Part shown: one piece after another, positions 13,693 through 27,600 of the stretch
How positions within the stretch are numbered: the stretch's first letter is position 1
How the letters are laid out: every line of letters begins with the position of its first letter
Source of the DNA: Octopus sinensis
Lineage: Eukaryota
Assembly (NCBI RefSeq): GCF_006345805.1
Contig: NC_043022.1
Coordinates: forward strand, 24,924,001 to 24,988,000
Direction of reading: 5' to 3'
Length of the DNA stretch: 64,000 nt
Notes under the pieces: generated by a model
What the model saw: only the letters and a program-made list of their open reading frames with translations
Databases searched by the model: none
What the model was told of the DNA's origin: nothing
Program-made: the position numbers and the translations under genes

Positions 13693-16020
13693 AGTGATAT
13701 AAATTTAAAATTACATCTTCACTTGATATTTTGGACCGATAGCCTGTGATCTAATTCTTTAGACACAAGTTTACTAGACATTTTTGACCCATGGAATGTG
13801 ACCTAAATCTTTAGATAATGCTTCCCTAGAGATTTTTGCCCCAAAGTCAGTGATATTAATCTTTAGATATTGGTTCACTTAAGAGTTCCAACACGGTTTC
13901 AAAAGAGATATTTGAGTGAAGGCCAGTGACGTAAATATTTAGACGTTGCTTCACTCGAAACTTTAGACTGAGGGCTAGTGATCTGAGTCTATTTATATTG
14001 CTTCACCAAATATTGTAGACCTAAGGCCAATGATGTAAATCTGTATACACAGAATCATAAAAGATCTTAGACCTAAGGCCAGTGATCTAAGTCTTTTGAC
14101 TTATGTTCCATGGCCAGTGATGTAAATCTTTAGATTCTGATTTGCTACAGAATTGAAACCAAAGTCCAATGGCCTGAATCATAAAAGATTTTAGCACAAA
14201 GGCCAGTAATTGATATTTTTAGTCACCACTTTGCTAAAGATTTTAGACTCAAAGCCAGTGATCTTAGTTTTCAGTCACAATTTCAAGAAGGATTTTAGGC
14301 ATAAGTCCTATGGTATAAATCTTTAGACACAGCTTCACAAAAATTTTACCTCATGGCAAATGAGGTAAAACTTTAATCACAGCTTCAGTAAAGGTTTTCG
14401 GTTGAGGGCTAGTGATGTAAATTTTTAGATAGTGGATTCACTAGGAAATTTAGATCTATGACCAGGATCTAAATCTGTAAGCAGAATTTCAATAGAGATT
14501 TTAGACTTAAGGCTAGTGATCTAGCAAACCAAATCTTTTGACATATGTCGGAAATTTTGAAGCACAGGCTCATTTGTGTTTCTCCAACAGGGTTAATAGT
14601 CTGACTGCTTAGAAATAATATCACAAGAGTTTCAAGACCCTATGCTTGTGATTTAGGTCTTCAGATCTTTACTAAAAATTTTAGACCCAAGGCCAGTGAT
14701 GTAAATTTTTAGACTGAGCATACAATAGTAATTTTAGTCTGAAACCAAGGATGTTAGACACAGCTTCAAAAGAATTTTTGATTATTGATCTAAATATTAA
14801 GTCACAACTTCCCAAAGCACTAAAATCCCAAGACAGCCATCTAAATGTGTAGACAGTGCTTCACAAAAGGTTTTTGTTTCAAAGCTAGTTTAAAGGTAGA
14901 CTTACCAGAAATTTTAGACTGAAGTGTAGTGATCTAAATTGTAAACAAAGAGATATTAGACCCCAAGGCCAGTAATATAAATCTTTAGACACACTTTTAT
15001 TGGAGATATTAGTGAGAATGCCAGTATTTCTCTGGGAATTTTAATCCCAACTATAGTAAATTTAATGTCTAGACAGATTCTGTTCAGAGATTTTAGCTGC
15101 ACTTTCACAAATCTTTCACAAATGCCACAGAAGATTTTAGTCCTAGGGTCTGTGAACTGACATTTTTGACTCCTAATCAGAGATGCTAAGATACAGGCTT
15201 ATTGCTGTTTTCCTATCTAGGGCTGAGTGTATAAATCTTTACAAATTGATATTCAGGAATGCCAATGATTTATATCCTTTGACAGTAACTAATTCTTTAG
15301 AGATAGTTTCACCAGAAGTTTTAGACTGGAGGCTGGTGTTCTAAATCAATAGGCATAGCTTCATTAAACATTTTAGACTGACGGCCAGTGACATGAATTT
15401 TCACACACAGCTTCACAATAGATTTTAGACCAAAATCCAGTGATCTAAATTTTCAGACACAATTTCACTAGAGATTACAGACTGAATGACATTGGTCTAA
15501 ATTTATACTACAGTTTCTCTAAAATCTTTATCCACAAAAGCATCAAAATACACCTTTAGATACAGTTTCTTCAGGGGCTTTTGTCCCATTAATTTTAATC
15601 TTGAGATCAAGTTTCACTTAAGATGTCAGTCTCCTTGCTTGTCATCTGAAGTAAACACAAGGTCTGGACACAACTTAAACCAAAGTCCAGGAATCGAACA
15701 CTTTTGATGTTGCTTTACTAAAGATGTTAAATTCAGACTAGTGATCTAAATCATTAAATACAGTTTTAGTAGAGATTTTAGAATAAAAGCTAGAATTCTA
15801 AATATCTAGGCAAAACTTTACAAAAAATCTTAGACCTAAGGTATGCAATCCAAATCTTCACACATAGCTTCACAAAAGATTTCAGATCAAAGGACCATGA
15901 TCTAAATCTTTAGAAACAGTTTCATAAAGATTTTAGATCCAACAACTGTGATGTAAATCTTTTTGACCATCTTTATTAGACATTTTAGGCACAAGGCCAT
16001 TGATTCATATCTGTAACAAT

Positions 16021-17200
16021 CCCTGCTGAGATAGTTTCTCACTATTTTGGTCATTGGCCCCGAGTCTCAAATTTCTTTTGAGATAGTGTTTGAACATTTC
16101 TATCTCTGGCCTTAAGTCTCAAATACATAGTTAGATAGTGTCTAAAGATTTTGATCATTAGCCTTAAATCTCAAGTCCTTAAGTTTCTAAAGATTTTAAT
16201 TTCTGCCTTAGGTCTCGAATCTCTAGGAAGTTAGTGTCTTAAAATCTTCTTTACTGGCCTTAAATCTCAACCACCTTTTAAGACAGTGTCTAAAGATATT
16301 GACCTCTGGCTTTAAGTCTCAAATCCGTAATTAGTGTGTAAACATTTTTATCCATAGCTTTCGATAGTTAATCCTTAGTAATCTTGAGTCTAAAGAGTTA
16401 AGGTTCAAATGCTTAGTAAGATAGAGTATGAAGAATTCGATAACGGGTCTTAAGTCTCAAATCCCCAGTCAAAGATAATTCTAGGATTATCTCAAATCCA
16501 CAGCTAGCCAGTGTTAAAAGAGATCACTGGTATAAAGTCTCAGCATCCTAATGAGGTAGTGTCTCAAGGTTTCTATCAGTGGGTTTGAGTCACAAATCTG
16601 TAGAGAAACAATGACAAAATATTTAAATCACTGGCCTTAATTCTCAAGTCTTTATTTTGATAATGCTTATAAATATTGACCTCTAGTCTTAAGTCTCAAA
16701 ACTTCATTGTGATAATATCTTAAGGTTTATGTCACTGGCCCATTCTCAAATACCCAGTGAGACTGCGCCTAATATTTTACATCACTGGCTAAAAATCTGA
16801 AATCCATAGTGAGACAGTGTCTAATGGTTTTGATCATTGACTTTAAGTCTCAAGACTCCCATGAGACAGCGCCAAAACATTTTGATCCCTGGCCTTTTGT
16901 CTTAAATTTATAGTGAGAAGAAGTTTGAACATTTGTATCCCTGGTTTTAAGTCTCAATTCTCCTGTGAGAGTGTCAAAAGTTTTTATCACTGGCCATAAG
17001 TCTCAAGTCCCGAGTGAGATACTGACTTGATCGTTGGCCTTGGTGAGATTGTGTATAAAGGCTTACATCAGTGGCATTATGACCCAATTCCCTGTTGGGT
17101 AAGCTTCTAAACATTTAGCTTGCTGGCTTAAGTCTCATATCGCTAGTTTTCACTCTTAAATCCGAGTGAATAAACCTTTATATCACTAACCTTAAATCTT
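16021..17200 (-). repeat. 52-bp satellite in reverse orientation
   Basis: Recurrent TCACTGGCC / GTCTCAAATC / GTGTCTAAAG are reverse complements of the monomer motifs. Confidence 0.85.
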
Positions 17201-17259
17201 TTATCCAAAGTCACATTCTCTCTAGAGATTTGAATCTATTTGGAATGTTTAAAATCCAA

Positions 17260-18120
17260 GTAAATCTGCATCTAAATTGCTTTTTCGCGGATTCCCATGA
17301 CTCCATGTCACCATCTAATTCATTTATAGATTTGAATTGGGCAGTTTGAGTCATAGTGGAATCTTTCATTAGCTGATTACACAACCATGGATGCCACCCT
17401 TATGGATGCATTGCAATTACTCTCTTGATAGAGATTGGAGTTCCTGACTATTGACTTTCTAGGATTCCTCTGCTCAGCAGTAATGCATGAAATACTGTTG
17501 GCTCAGTTGAGCTCTTCCGCTTCCTCTCCACAAACCACCATGCTGCAGTCTTATGACTTCGCCGTCTCTCTGAGAGGGTGGCTGAATGGATGCTATACCT
17601 TGTCGAAGGGTAGCCCGTAACTATGTAGTGTTTTCAAAATACCTGCTTACTCAGAGACAAACTGACACTGAATCAGCTTCGCTGACTGACAGGTGACGGT
17701 CGTTTAGAGAATGCGCGGGCCAAAACAACGTGCCTTCACTTGTCAGTTAAGGTGAGACAGTGTCATGTGATAACTTTCTGGGGCTACCTGCTGGAGCCTA
17801 GCGGCAGGTATTTAAAGGGAAAATTTGACAAGTCAGTCAGTCACCGGCTGACACTCGCTGACGATATATCGAAGAGGCCAGGGAACAGAAGAAAGAAGAA
17901 GAAAGAAGACATGCACCCAACACCAGAGCTGAGACACCTCTGAAAGTGGGGGGGCCCACCACGTCAAAACAGTAGAGGAGTAGGGGCTGAAACCAGACGT
18001 GGTTCCTCCTGATGATGTCTTGAGCTAACTGGATCCTATAAAGGAGCTGTTGTGGTAGCAGACCATGAAACATGGTTGTAATTCCTACGGGTAATTTTGC
18101 ATCCAAATTAATCGATCCCA
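17260..18120 (-). mobile_element. Possible 5' region (UTR plus start of AP endonuclease) of a decayed RTE-like LINE
   Basis: GC-richer non-satellite insert. Minus-strand translation near 17290-17410 gives IRVASMVV*SANE...VMGIRE, loosely like the APE N-terminus (RIATWNVRSL...VLGISE). Confidence 0.35.
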
Positions 18121-18754
18121 AATCACTTAATTACATCTCAAATTTTTAGACTGTGTGAAAGTATATGGAACTGATTCTCAGTCTCATGTTATTACAAGAG
18201 ATTGTAGCAAATATTCTTAGATTTCAAGCTTTTAATTTAAAACATCCTTCGAGACTGTGTATTAATATTTAGAAAACTGACTTTAGGTTTCAAACCTCTT
18301 GTGAATATATAAGAAAATTATATATATAAATTATGTATATATAAATTAAGTTTTAATCCCTTGTTTAATAATGTCTAAATCCTCTGATCATAGGCGTTCA
18401 AGTTTCAAATCTCTTGGGCGATTGTGTCTAAATATTTGGATTACTGGTTTGATCTATAAAACCCTCGTTAGTTTTTTCATGTTTAGTCAACGAAGGAAAG
18501 ATAGTGAGCATTAATTTTTTTTCTGCGATATGTAGCTTGATCAGAGGAAGGAGGAAATTATATTCAAATCGTAGACGTGACCCGAATGCTTGTAACAGTG
18601 TGAATTCCGCCAAAGGCAACCGTAAATGAGGTGTTGGTGCAAAAGTGGACGATGAATTAAGTTTACAATGCAATAACTCAGACCACTAAGACTGAATAGT
18701 ATTTTGCTAGGTGGTTCCAGCAACTTCGACAATCATACACCTTCGATTTGTATA

Positions 18755-18830
18755 TCTTTTTATCGCACACAAAGGACAAAGGGTAAAGTTGACCGCAACG
18801 CGGTTTGAAATCAGAAGACTGTGAACCAAA
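18755..18830 (-). mobile_element. Decayed SINE A fragment
   Basis: TTTATCGCACACAAAGGACAAAGGGTAAAGTTGACCGCAACGCGGTTTGAAATCAGAA resembles SINE A TTTATCGACCCCGAAAGGATGAAAGGCAAAGTCGACC. Confidence 0.45.
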
Positions 18831-19130
18831 ACTTGCACCAGAAAATAATTGACCTCATGTATCAAGTCTCTAGTTCAACTGAGTTTAAATTTATAGAGCA
18901 TTGCCTTGAGGTTTCAAATCTCTAGTTTAACAAAGTTTAAATCTATACATCACTGACCTGAAGCTTCTAATTCTAACAAACACTGCGTTTAAATCCTTAG
19001 ATCAGGTAACAAGTCGCTAGGATAACAGAGTTTAAAGATTGCTGGATGGTGGTAGAAAACTTCGAAACGAAATCTATCAAGCACCTCAGATCTCTAACAG
19101 TATGGAAACCTTAATTCGACTGCGATATAA

Positions 19131-19520
19131 TCTATATGTATAAAGCTGAAGTTGTCTGTGTTTGGCAGGTTTGGTAGCCTTCAACTAACACTATCTCCTC
19201 CAAGACACTGCGGCGCAAGTTGACCAAAATTGAGAGTATGATAGATGAAGGCTTGCTCTTCATTCTGTAGAAGATAAAATTCAAATCGGACCATATTAAG
19301 ACCAAAAAAAATTTACATCAAAAAAGTGCTTTTTTTCTATGAAAATCTCTATTTTTTACGATTTTTTGACTGCTGTGTCGCCATTTTTCGGTGTATTTCA
19401 ACCAGAAAAATGTTCACTTAAAGAGAATAACAAGCTACATAATGCAAAATTTTTACTTTTCAAAAATTCCAATTCTAAAGGGTCGAAGCAAACCTGAGCA
19501 ACGCCGGGCAATACTGCTAG
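19131..19520 (+). mobile_element. Non-autonomous Helitron, family H1
   Basis: A|TCTATATGTATAAAGCTG ... CCTGAGCAACGCCGGG (hairpin) CAATACTG CTAG|T. Canonical TC/CTAG ends, AT target, no TSD. Near-identical copies at 55519 and 63509. Confidence 0.85.
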
Positions 19521-19870
19521 TCTATAGATAAAGTGGACTGAAATGCGAACTCTCATGTTCATCTGTATGTAAATAATATTACTGGTCAGAGATGTGAAAT
19601 CTAGATTTCAATCCTGCTTAAAGAGGTATCAAATTTCTAGTTCAACTGCATTTAAAACTTTGGATCACAGGCCTTTGATATAAAATTTATTTTTTGAGAG
19701 TATCTTAATTTTTAGATAGCCACAGTGGGGTATAAATCCCTAATTTATTGGTGTTTCAAGTCAAAGGTCAGAGTGTAAGTGTTTAAACAAGCGGATCTTT
19801 TGTGAGAAAAGTTCTGTGATTTTAGATGAAATCTGTAGTAAGACTGTATTTAAATAGATAGCTAACTGGC

Positions 19871-20240
19871 TTGAAGTGTCAAATAGCCTTGCTTGCTTCA
19901 TGCGCTTGTTTGATGGGACTGGGGTCATCCCAGGTCCCGGAGACGTCATCACGCATAAAGCCTATCAGGTCCACCAGTGCTCTCCATCGCTGGCGGTCCC
20001 ATGTCAGTCTCTCTGCATCCTCCAAGGTGTCGCTGATCCTCTGAAGATCTTCCTTAATCACGTCCACTCGTCTGGTGCGGCGCCTGCCACGAGGCCTCTT
20101 CCATCCTGCAGCTGCTATGCTGAAGGAGAGTAAAGCCCTAGTAACATGAACTAGCAGGAAACAGGAGACATGTGCGAACCAGCACATGCGATGGATAGCT
20201 ATGAGGTAGGAGGCAGCAGGCTGATGCATGCATGCACGCA
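19871..20240 (-). mobile_element. 3' fragment of an RTE-clade LINE ORF2
   Basis: Minus ORF contains WKRPRGRRRTRRVDVIKEDL...DRQRWRALVD, the typical RTE ORF2 C-terminal signature. Confidence 0.7.
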
Positions 20241-20257
20241 GTTCTTTAGTTAAATAG

Positions 20258-20415
20258 TGGTCGCTGTGTGGTAAATAGCTTGCTTACCAACCACATGGTT
20301 CCAGGTTCAGTCCCACTGCGTGGCACCTTGGGCAAGTGTCTTCTACTTTAGCCTCGGGCCGACCAAAGCCTTGTGAGTGAATTTGGTAGATGGAAACTGA
20401 AAGAAGCCCGTCGTA

Positions 20416-20416
<1 letters not shown>
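20258..20416 (+). mobile_element. SINE B 5' half, followed by TG/TA microsatellite (to ~20515)
   Basis: GCTGTGTGGTAAATAGCTTGCTTACCAACCACATGGTTCC...GAAACTGAAAGAAGCCCGTCG. Confidence 0.85.
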
Positions 20417-20454
<38 letters not shown>

Positions 20455-20566
20455 GCATGTATATATATATATATATATATGTGTGTAAGTGTATGTGTGT
20501 ATGTATGTATACATTGTGCAAAAATTTTGAAGCCAATATTTATCCCACAGGATCATTTAAGAATCT

Positions 20567-20762
20567 ATGCCCCTGTGCCGGTGGCACGTAAAAAGCACCC
20601 ACTACACTCATGGAGTGGTTGGCGTTAGGAAGGGCATCCAGCCATAGAAACATTGCCAGATCAGACTGGGCCTGGTGCAAACTTCTGGCTTCCCAGATCC
20701 CGGTTGAACCATCCAACCCATGCTAGCATGGACGCTAAACGATGATGATGATGATGATGATG
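20567..20762 (+). mobile_element. 3'-UTR/tail fragment of the RTE LINE, with (GAT)n tail
   Basis: Matches the reverse complement of 21891-22080: GTGCCGGTGGCACGTAAAAAGCACC...CCATGCTAGCATGG..GCTAAACGATGATG. Confidence 0.85.
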
Positions 20763-21058
20763 TTTATAAGTTAAAAAAACAAAACAAAAAAACTGGCCAG
20801 AATTCTCAATGTCCATGTGGGAATCTGTCTAAATGCTTACATCATTGGATCGATGCAAAATCTTATGTGCGGCCACCTGAACAACCATTTTAACTTGATG
20901 TCTCATATCTGCAGTGACATTGTGTTAATACCTACCGAGACTGACTTAAATACTTAGATCATTGACCAGAAGCCCAACGTCACTGGCGAGACTGGGTTTA
21001 AAGCTTTATATCAATAACCAAGAAGTCTAAAATCGATACTGTGGTTATGTTTAAAAAC

Positions 21059-21890
<832 letters not shown>

Positions 21891-23740
21891 CATCATCATC
21901 ATCATCATCATTTAGCGTCCGTTTTCCATGCTAGCATGGTTGGACGGTTCTACTGGGGTCTGTGAAGCCAGAAGGTTCATCAGGCCCAGTCAAATCTGGC
22001 AGTGTTTCTACGGCTGGATGCCCTTCCTAACGCCAACCACTCCGTGAGTGTAGTGGGTGCTTTTTACGTGCCACCCGCACTGGTGCCAGACAGAGCTGGC
22101 AAACGGCCACGAACGGATGGTGCTTTTTATGTGCCACCGGCACGAGGGCCAGGCGAGGCTGGCAACGGACACGAAACGGGGCGGTGCTGGCAACGGTCGC
22201 GAAACGGAAAGTTCTCTTACATGCCACCGGCACTGGTAACACATCTGCAATTTCCATTGATCGATTTCGATTCTGATCCTCACTTGCCTCAATGGGTCTT
22301 CACAAGCAGAGTTTCGACATGCCACCGGCACTGGTAGCACATCCGCAATTTCCATTGATCGATTTCGATTCTGATCCTCACTTGCCTCAACACGTCTTCA
22401 CAAGTAGAGTTTTGTGTCCCAAGAAGGGAAGGTATGCATACGTAGGCTGGCTCCATCCCATGTAGAAGGCCACGGGTTGTGGACTCACTTGTCCTGCCGG
22501 GTCTTCTCGCGCACAGCACACTTCCAGAGGTCTCGGTCTCTAGTCATTTCCTCAGTGAGACCTAAAGTTCGAAGGTCGTGCTTCACCACCTCGTCCCAGG
22601 TTTTCCTGGGTCTGCCTCTTCCACAGGTTCCCTCAACCGCTAGGGTGTGGCACTTTTTCACACAACTATCTTCATCCATTCTCGCCACATGACCATACCA
22701 GCGCAAACGTCTCTCTTGCACACCACAACTGATGCTTCTTAGGTCCAGCTTTTCTCTCAAGGTACTTACACTCTGCCGAGTGTGAGTACCAGCATTACAC
22801 ATCCATCGGAGCATACTGGCTTCATTTCTAGCGAGCTTACGCATATCCTCAGCAGTCACGGCCCATGTTTCACTGCCATGTAGCATGGCTGTTCGTACAC
22901 ACGCATCATACAGTCTGCCTTTCACTCTGTGCGAGAGGCCTTTTGTCACCAGCAGAGGTAAGAGCTCTCTGAACTTTGCCCAAGCTATTCTTACTCTAGC
23001 AGTTACACTTTCAGCACACCCACCCCCGCTGCTGACTTGGTCACCTAGGTAACGGAAACTATCAACTATTTCTAGTTTTTCTCCCTGGAAAGTGACGGAA
23101 GTTGGTCTCAGAGCATTTTCAGTGTTTATGTTCCTGAGCATCTGCCACATACAAAAACCATCTTCCTAGTTAGCCTTCCTTTGACATTGCTGCATCTCTT
23201 ATGTGTCCATAGCTTACACTTGGTGCATCTTATAGAGTTTCTACCTACACCTTTTCTACAGATCGAGCAGGGCCATCTACCTGAAGGTGTTTGTGATTGT
23301 CTACCTTCCTACTGATTACGACTTTGGTTTTAGCTAGATTGACTCTGAGGCCCTTCGATTCTAATCCTTGTTTCCACACCTGAAACTTCTCCTCCAGTTC
23401 TGATAGCGACTCAGCAATTAGAGCAAGGTCATCAGCATAGAGGAGCTCCCAAGGGCATCCTGTCTTGAATTCCTCCGTTATTGCCTGGAGGACTATGATA
23501 AATAGGAGGGGGCTGAGTACTGAGCCTTGGTGGACCCCTACCTCTACCCGGAATTCTTCACTGTACTCATTTCCAACCCTCACCCTACTAGCGGCGTCCC
23601 TATACATGGCCCGCACAGCTCTCACTAACCATTCATCTATCCCTAGTTTTCTCATTGCCCACCAGATAAGGGATCGGGGGACCTGTCGAAGGCTTTCTCC
23701 ATGTCAACAAAAGCCAGGTACAGGGGCTATCTTTGGCTAG
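21891..23740 (-). mobile_element. 5'-truncated RTE-clade LINE: RT domain with embedded PHD-type finger, C-terminal region, ~590-bp 3' UTR and (GAT)n tail; three frameshifts
   Basis: [62 protein letters not shown] in the minus frames. ORF2 stop at ~22485. Tail CATCAT at 21891-21910. Frameshifts near 23681, 23297 and 23129. Confidence 0.95.
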
Positions 23741-23791
23741 GTATATATATATATATATACATACATACATCTATATATATATACATACATC

Positions 23792-23850
<59 letters not shown>

Positions 23851-24182
23851 CATACATACATCTATATATATGTGTATATATATATATATATCAATGCTTT
23901 AAAGTTTGAAATCCTCATGTGATAGTGCATAAATATTTAAATCACTGACCTCAAATCCCTTGTGACAATAAAATTAATCACACACCCACACACCCACACC
24001 CACACACCCACACCCACACACACACAAACACACACACACATACACACACACACACACACACATATATATACATACACACACTCACACACATATATACATA
24101 TATATATATACACAAACATGCATATGTATGTATATAAATGTATATTCATGTGTATATATATTATATGTATGTATGTGGTGTG

Positions 24183-24213
<31 letters not shown>
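23741..24213. repeat. (TA)n and (CA)n microsatellites flanking a short reverse satellite remnant
   Basis: TA tract 23741-23892, CA/TA tract ~23980-24213. Confidence 0.9.
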
Positions 24214-24214
<1 letters not shown>

Positions 24215-24469
24215 ACGCTGTTTTTTTGTTGTTTTTAGAGCAGAGGATTGACATGAAAATGTTGCGATATAATTTTAATATCCCATCTTGAAATAATAGT
24301 TTCAAAAGATCGATCTAAATTTCGACACAACTTCGAAGCGATTTTAAACCTGAGGCCATCAATATAAACATTTAGATACAGTGACATACTCAGATCAGTG
24401 ACCTAAGTCTGCAGACCTAAAATTCACTGGGGATTTTAAACCTCAGAACAATATCTTAATCATTTAGAC

Positions 24470-24667
24470 CAGTGGATTTCAACCAGGGTTCCGCGGAACC
24501 TTAGGGTTCTGCCAGTACAGTCCAGGGGTTCTGCAAGAAGTTACAAAACTGCTAAAATCGGCAGTAAATTTTAATTCTCCTGTGCAGATATGTGTGCATA
24601 AGATTATTAAATTATTGCACAGGGTTTTCTTGGGGTTCCGCTCCAGCAAAAAGTTTGAAAAGCACTG
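24470..24667. mobile_element. hAT-family MITE (198 bp)
   Basis: TIRs CAGTGGATTTCAAC / GTTTGAAAAGCACTG. Perfect 8-bp TSD ATTTAGAC (24462-24469, 24668-24675). Confidence 0.85.
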
Positions 24668-27600
24668 ATTTAGACAATGTTCCAACAAAGATATTGAACT
24701 CAGGCCAGTGATATCGGTTTTCAGATGTGAATTTTTAAACATACATCCACTTAAAAGCGCCAATAATTTTTATCTTCAGACACAGTAAAATTGGGAATTT
24801 TGGATTTCGGGCCAGTAAATGTACATTAATGTAAATTGCTAGATACTGTTTGGTGAGAAATTTTTAACTTTAAACCAGTGATCCTTAATTATAAGAGATA
24901 CCAGAGGTCTATATTTTACAAACAATTGCACTCCAGTTTGTGGGCCTTATGCCAGTGATTTAAATCTTTTGATCACAGGCCTGACCCAAAGGCTGGTTAT
25001 CTAAATCTTTAGACATAGTTAAGTCATTAGACAGAGTTTCACAAGCGATTTGCATCTTAACAAGGCCAGTGATCTAAATCTTTAGACTCAGTTTCACAGC
25101 AGATTTTGTTCCAAAAGCAAGAGGTCTAAATCCTAAGCGATGGATTATTGAATGATTTTAAACTGAAGACCAGTAATTCAAATCTCACTAGAGATATGTG
25201 ACCCTGGGGACCAGTGATGTAAATCTTTTGACATAAATTCACACGATATGTCAGACTCAAGTTCAGTTACTTAAATCTTTGAATTCAGTTTCCTGAGAAA
25301 TTTTTGACTCAGAGACTGTGATCTAGACCTTTCGGCACAGACTCACTTGAGATTTTATACAAGGCATTTTTTGGACACAGTTTTAATTGCACATTTAGAC
25401 AAAGGCTCATTGACAAAAACAAAAACAAACATACATAGTTTCACGAGGATGCTTCGATACATTGACAGTGATTTAAATATTTAGGCTCAGTTTCATTAGT
25501 GATTCTAGATCCAAGGACAGTCTTTAGACGTAGTCTAAGTAACATCATTAGGCGATACGCCAGTGATCTAAATCTTTGAACACAGACACAAGAGATTTTA
25601 TGCCCAAGACCAGACTTCTAAAAGAACACAGTATCATTATTAATTTTAGACATAAGACAAGTGATCTAAATCTTTAGAAACATATTCATTAGAGATTTAA
25701 GAGGGAAGGCATGCGATAAAAGACTTAAAAGACATTCTCTCTAGGGTATTAGACCTAAAGCCGAAGATCTAAATCTGTAGACACTGCCTTACTAGAATAT
25801 CTAGATCAAAGCCAGTTATCTCAACTTTTAGACAATTTCACAAAAGATTGAAGAACAAATGGCAGTGATCTAAATCTTTAGGCACTGCTTCACTAGAAAT
25901 TTAAAATCGAAGGCGAGTGATCTAAATCTTCAGTAGAGATTTTAGTCCAAAGGCCAGTCATATAAATCTTTAGACAAAATTCACAAGAGATTTAAGAATG
26001 AAAGCCATTGATCTAATTATATAGGCTCTGATTCATTAGAGATTTTAAACTGAAGGCCAGTGGTCTAAATCTCTAGACACTGCATCATAAGAGATTTTAA
26101 ACCAAAGGCCAGTGATCGAAATCTCCAGAAATTGCTTCCCTAAAGATTTTAGATCTAATTCTTTAGACACTGCTCCACTAGAGATTTTAGACCAAACGCT
26201 AGTAACATAAATCTTTAGACACAATTTCACATGAAATTTTAAACTGAACGCCAGTGATCTAATTCTCTAGAAACTGTCTCACAACAGATTTGAGACCGAA
26301 GGCCAGTCATCTAAATCATTAGACATAATTTCACCAAAGATTTAAGACCGAAGGCCAGTGTCCTAAATCTCTAGTTTCACGAGATTTTAGAGCAAAGACC
26401 TGTAACCTAAATCATTAGACACAATTTCGTATGACATTTAAGACCGAAGGGCAGTGACCTAAGTCTTTAGACGCTAATTGACTAGAGATTTAAGACCAAA
26501 AGGCATTGATCTGAATATTTAGATGTTGCTCAACTAGAGATTTTTGACCAATAGCCAGTCATCTAAGTCTTTAGACACAATTTCACAAGAGATTTAAAAA
26601 TGAAAGGCAGTAATCTAAACGTTTCGATGCTGATTTAAGACCGAAGACCGGTGATCTTAATTTTTAGACTCTGTTTGACAAGAAATTTAAATCTAAAGGG
26701 CACTGATCCAAATCTGTAGACTTTGCTTAACTAAAGATTTTTTTTATCAAAGGCCAGTTGTGAAAGTCTTTAGACAGAATTTCACAACAGATTTAAAAAA
26801 TTAAGGGCAGTGATCTAAACTTTTAGACGCTGTTTCACGAGAGAGTTAAAACTGAACACCAATGATCTAAGGCCATAAACATTGCTTCCTTGAAGATTTT
26901 AGCCCAAAGATCAGTGTTCTAAATCTTTAAACACCGCATCACTAAACATTTAACAGTGAAGGACAGACAGCAAAATCTCTAAACATTGCTTCACTAGAAA
27001 TATTAGACCAAAAGCCAGTCATCTAAAACTTTAGACACAATTTTACAAAAGATTTAAGACCGAAAGCCACTGATGTAAATCTTTAGACGCTGCTTCACTA
27101 GAGATTTAACACCAAAGGTCAATCATAGAAATCTCTAGAGACTGCTTCAGTATCGATTTTAGTACAAAGGTCTGTCATCTAAATCTTTAGATAGTATTTC
27201 ACTAGAGATTTAAAGCCAAAGGACAGTGATCATATTTTTAGACACTGAATCACTAGAGATTTTAGACCGAAGGCCAGTAATCTAAATCTTTAGACACAAT
27301 TTCACAAGAGATTATAGGCCGAACTCCAGTGATCTAAATCTCTAGATACTGCTTCACGAGAGATTTAAGACAGAAGGCCAGTGCTTTACTAGAGATATAA
27401 GCTCAAAGGCAGGGATCTAATTCTTTAGGCGGTGCTTCGCAAGAGATTTTGGACCAAAGGCCAGTAATCTAAACCTTTAGACACAATTTCAGAAGAGATC
27501 TGAGTCCGAAGGCCAGTGATCTAAGCTTCTAGTCACTGCTTCACAAGAGATAATAGACCGAAGTCCATTGATCTGAATCTTTAGACACAGCTTCAGTAAT

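Larger units (their letters stand above)
1..16020 (+). repeat. 52-bp tandem satellite, block 1 (consensus ~GATTTTAGACCCAAGGCCAGTGATCTAAATCTTTAGACACAGCTTCACTAGA)
   Basis: GATTTTAGAC recurs at 52-bp spacing (e.g. 3184 and 3236). Diverged at 1-2.9 kb and 9-16 kb, more homogeneous at ~2.95-8.85 kb. No long ORFs. Confidence 0.95.
18130..19870 (-). repeat. Patchy, highly diverged reverse-orientation satellite remnants between TE insertions
   Basis: GTGTCTAAATATTTGGATTACTGG (~18425), CATCACTGACCT (~18949), GATCACAGGCCT (~19665). Similar remnants at ~20820-21020 and ~23895-23970. Confidence 0.65.

Noticed and set aside
14560-14620. Textbook-looking splice acceptor (CTCATTTGTGTTTCTCCAACAG) interrupting the satellite
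   Set aside because: Isolated, with no convincing donor or reading frame.
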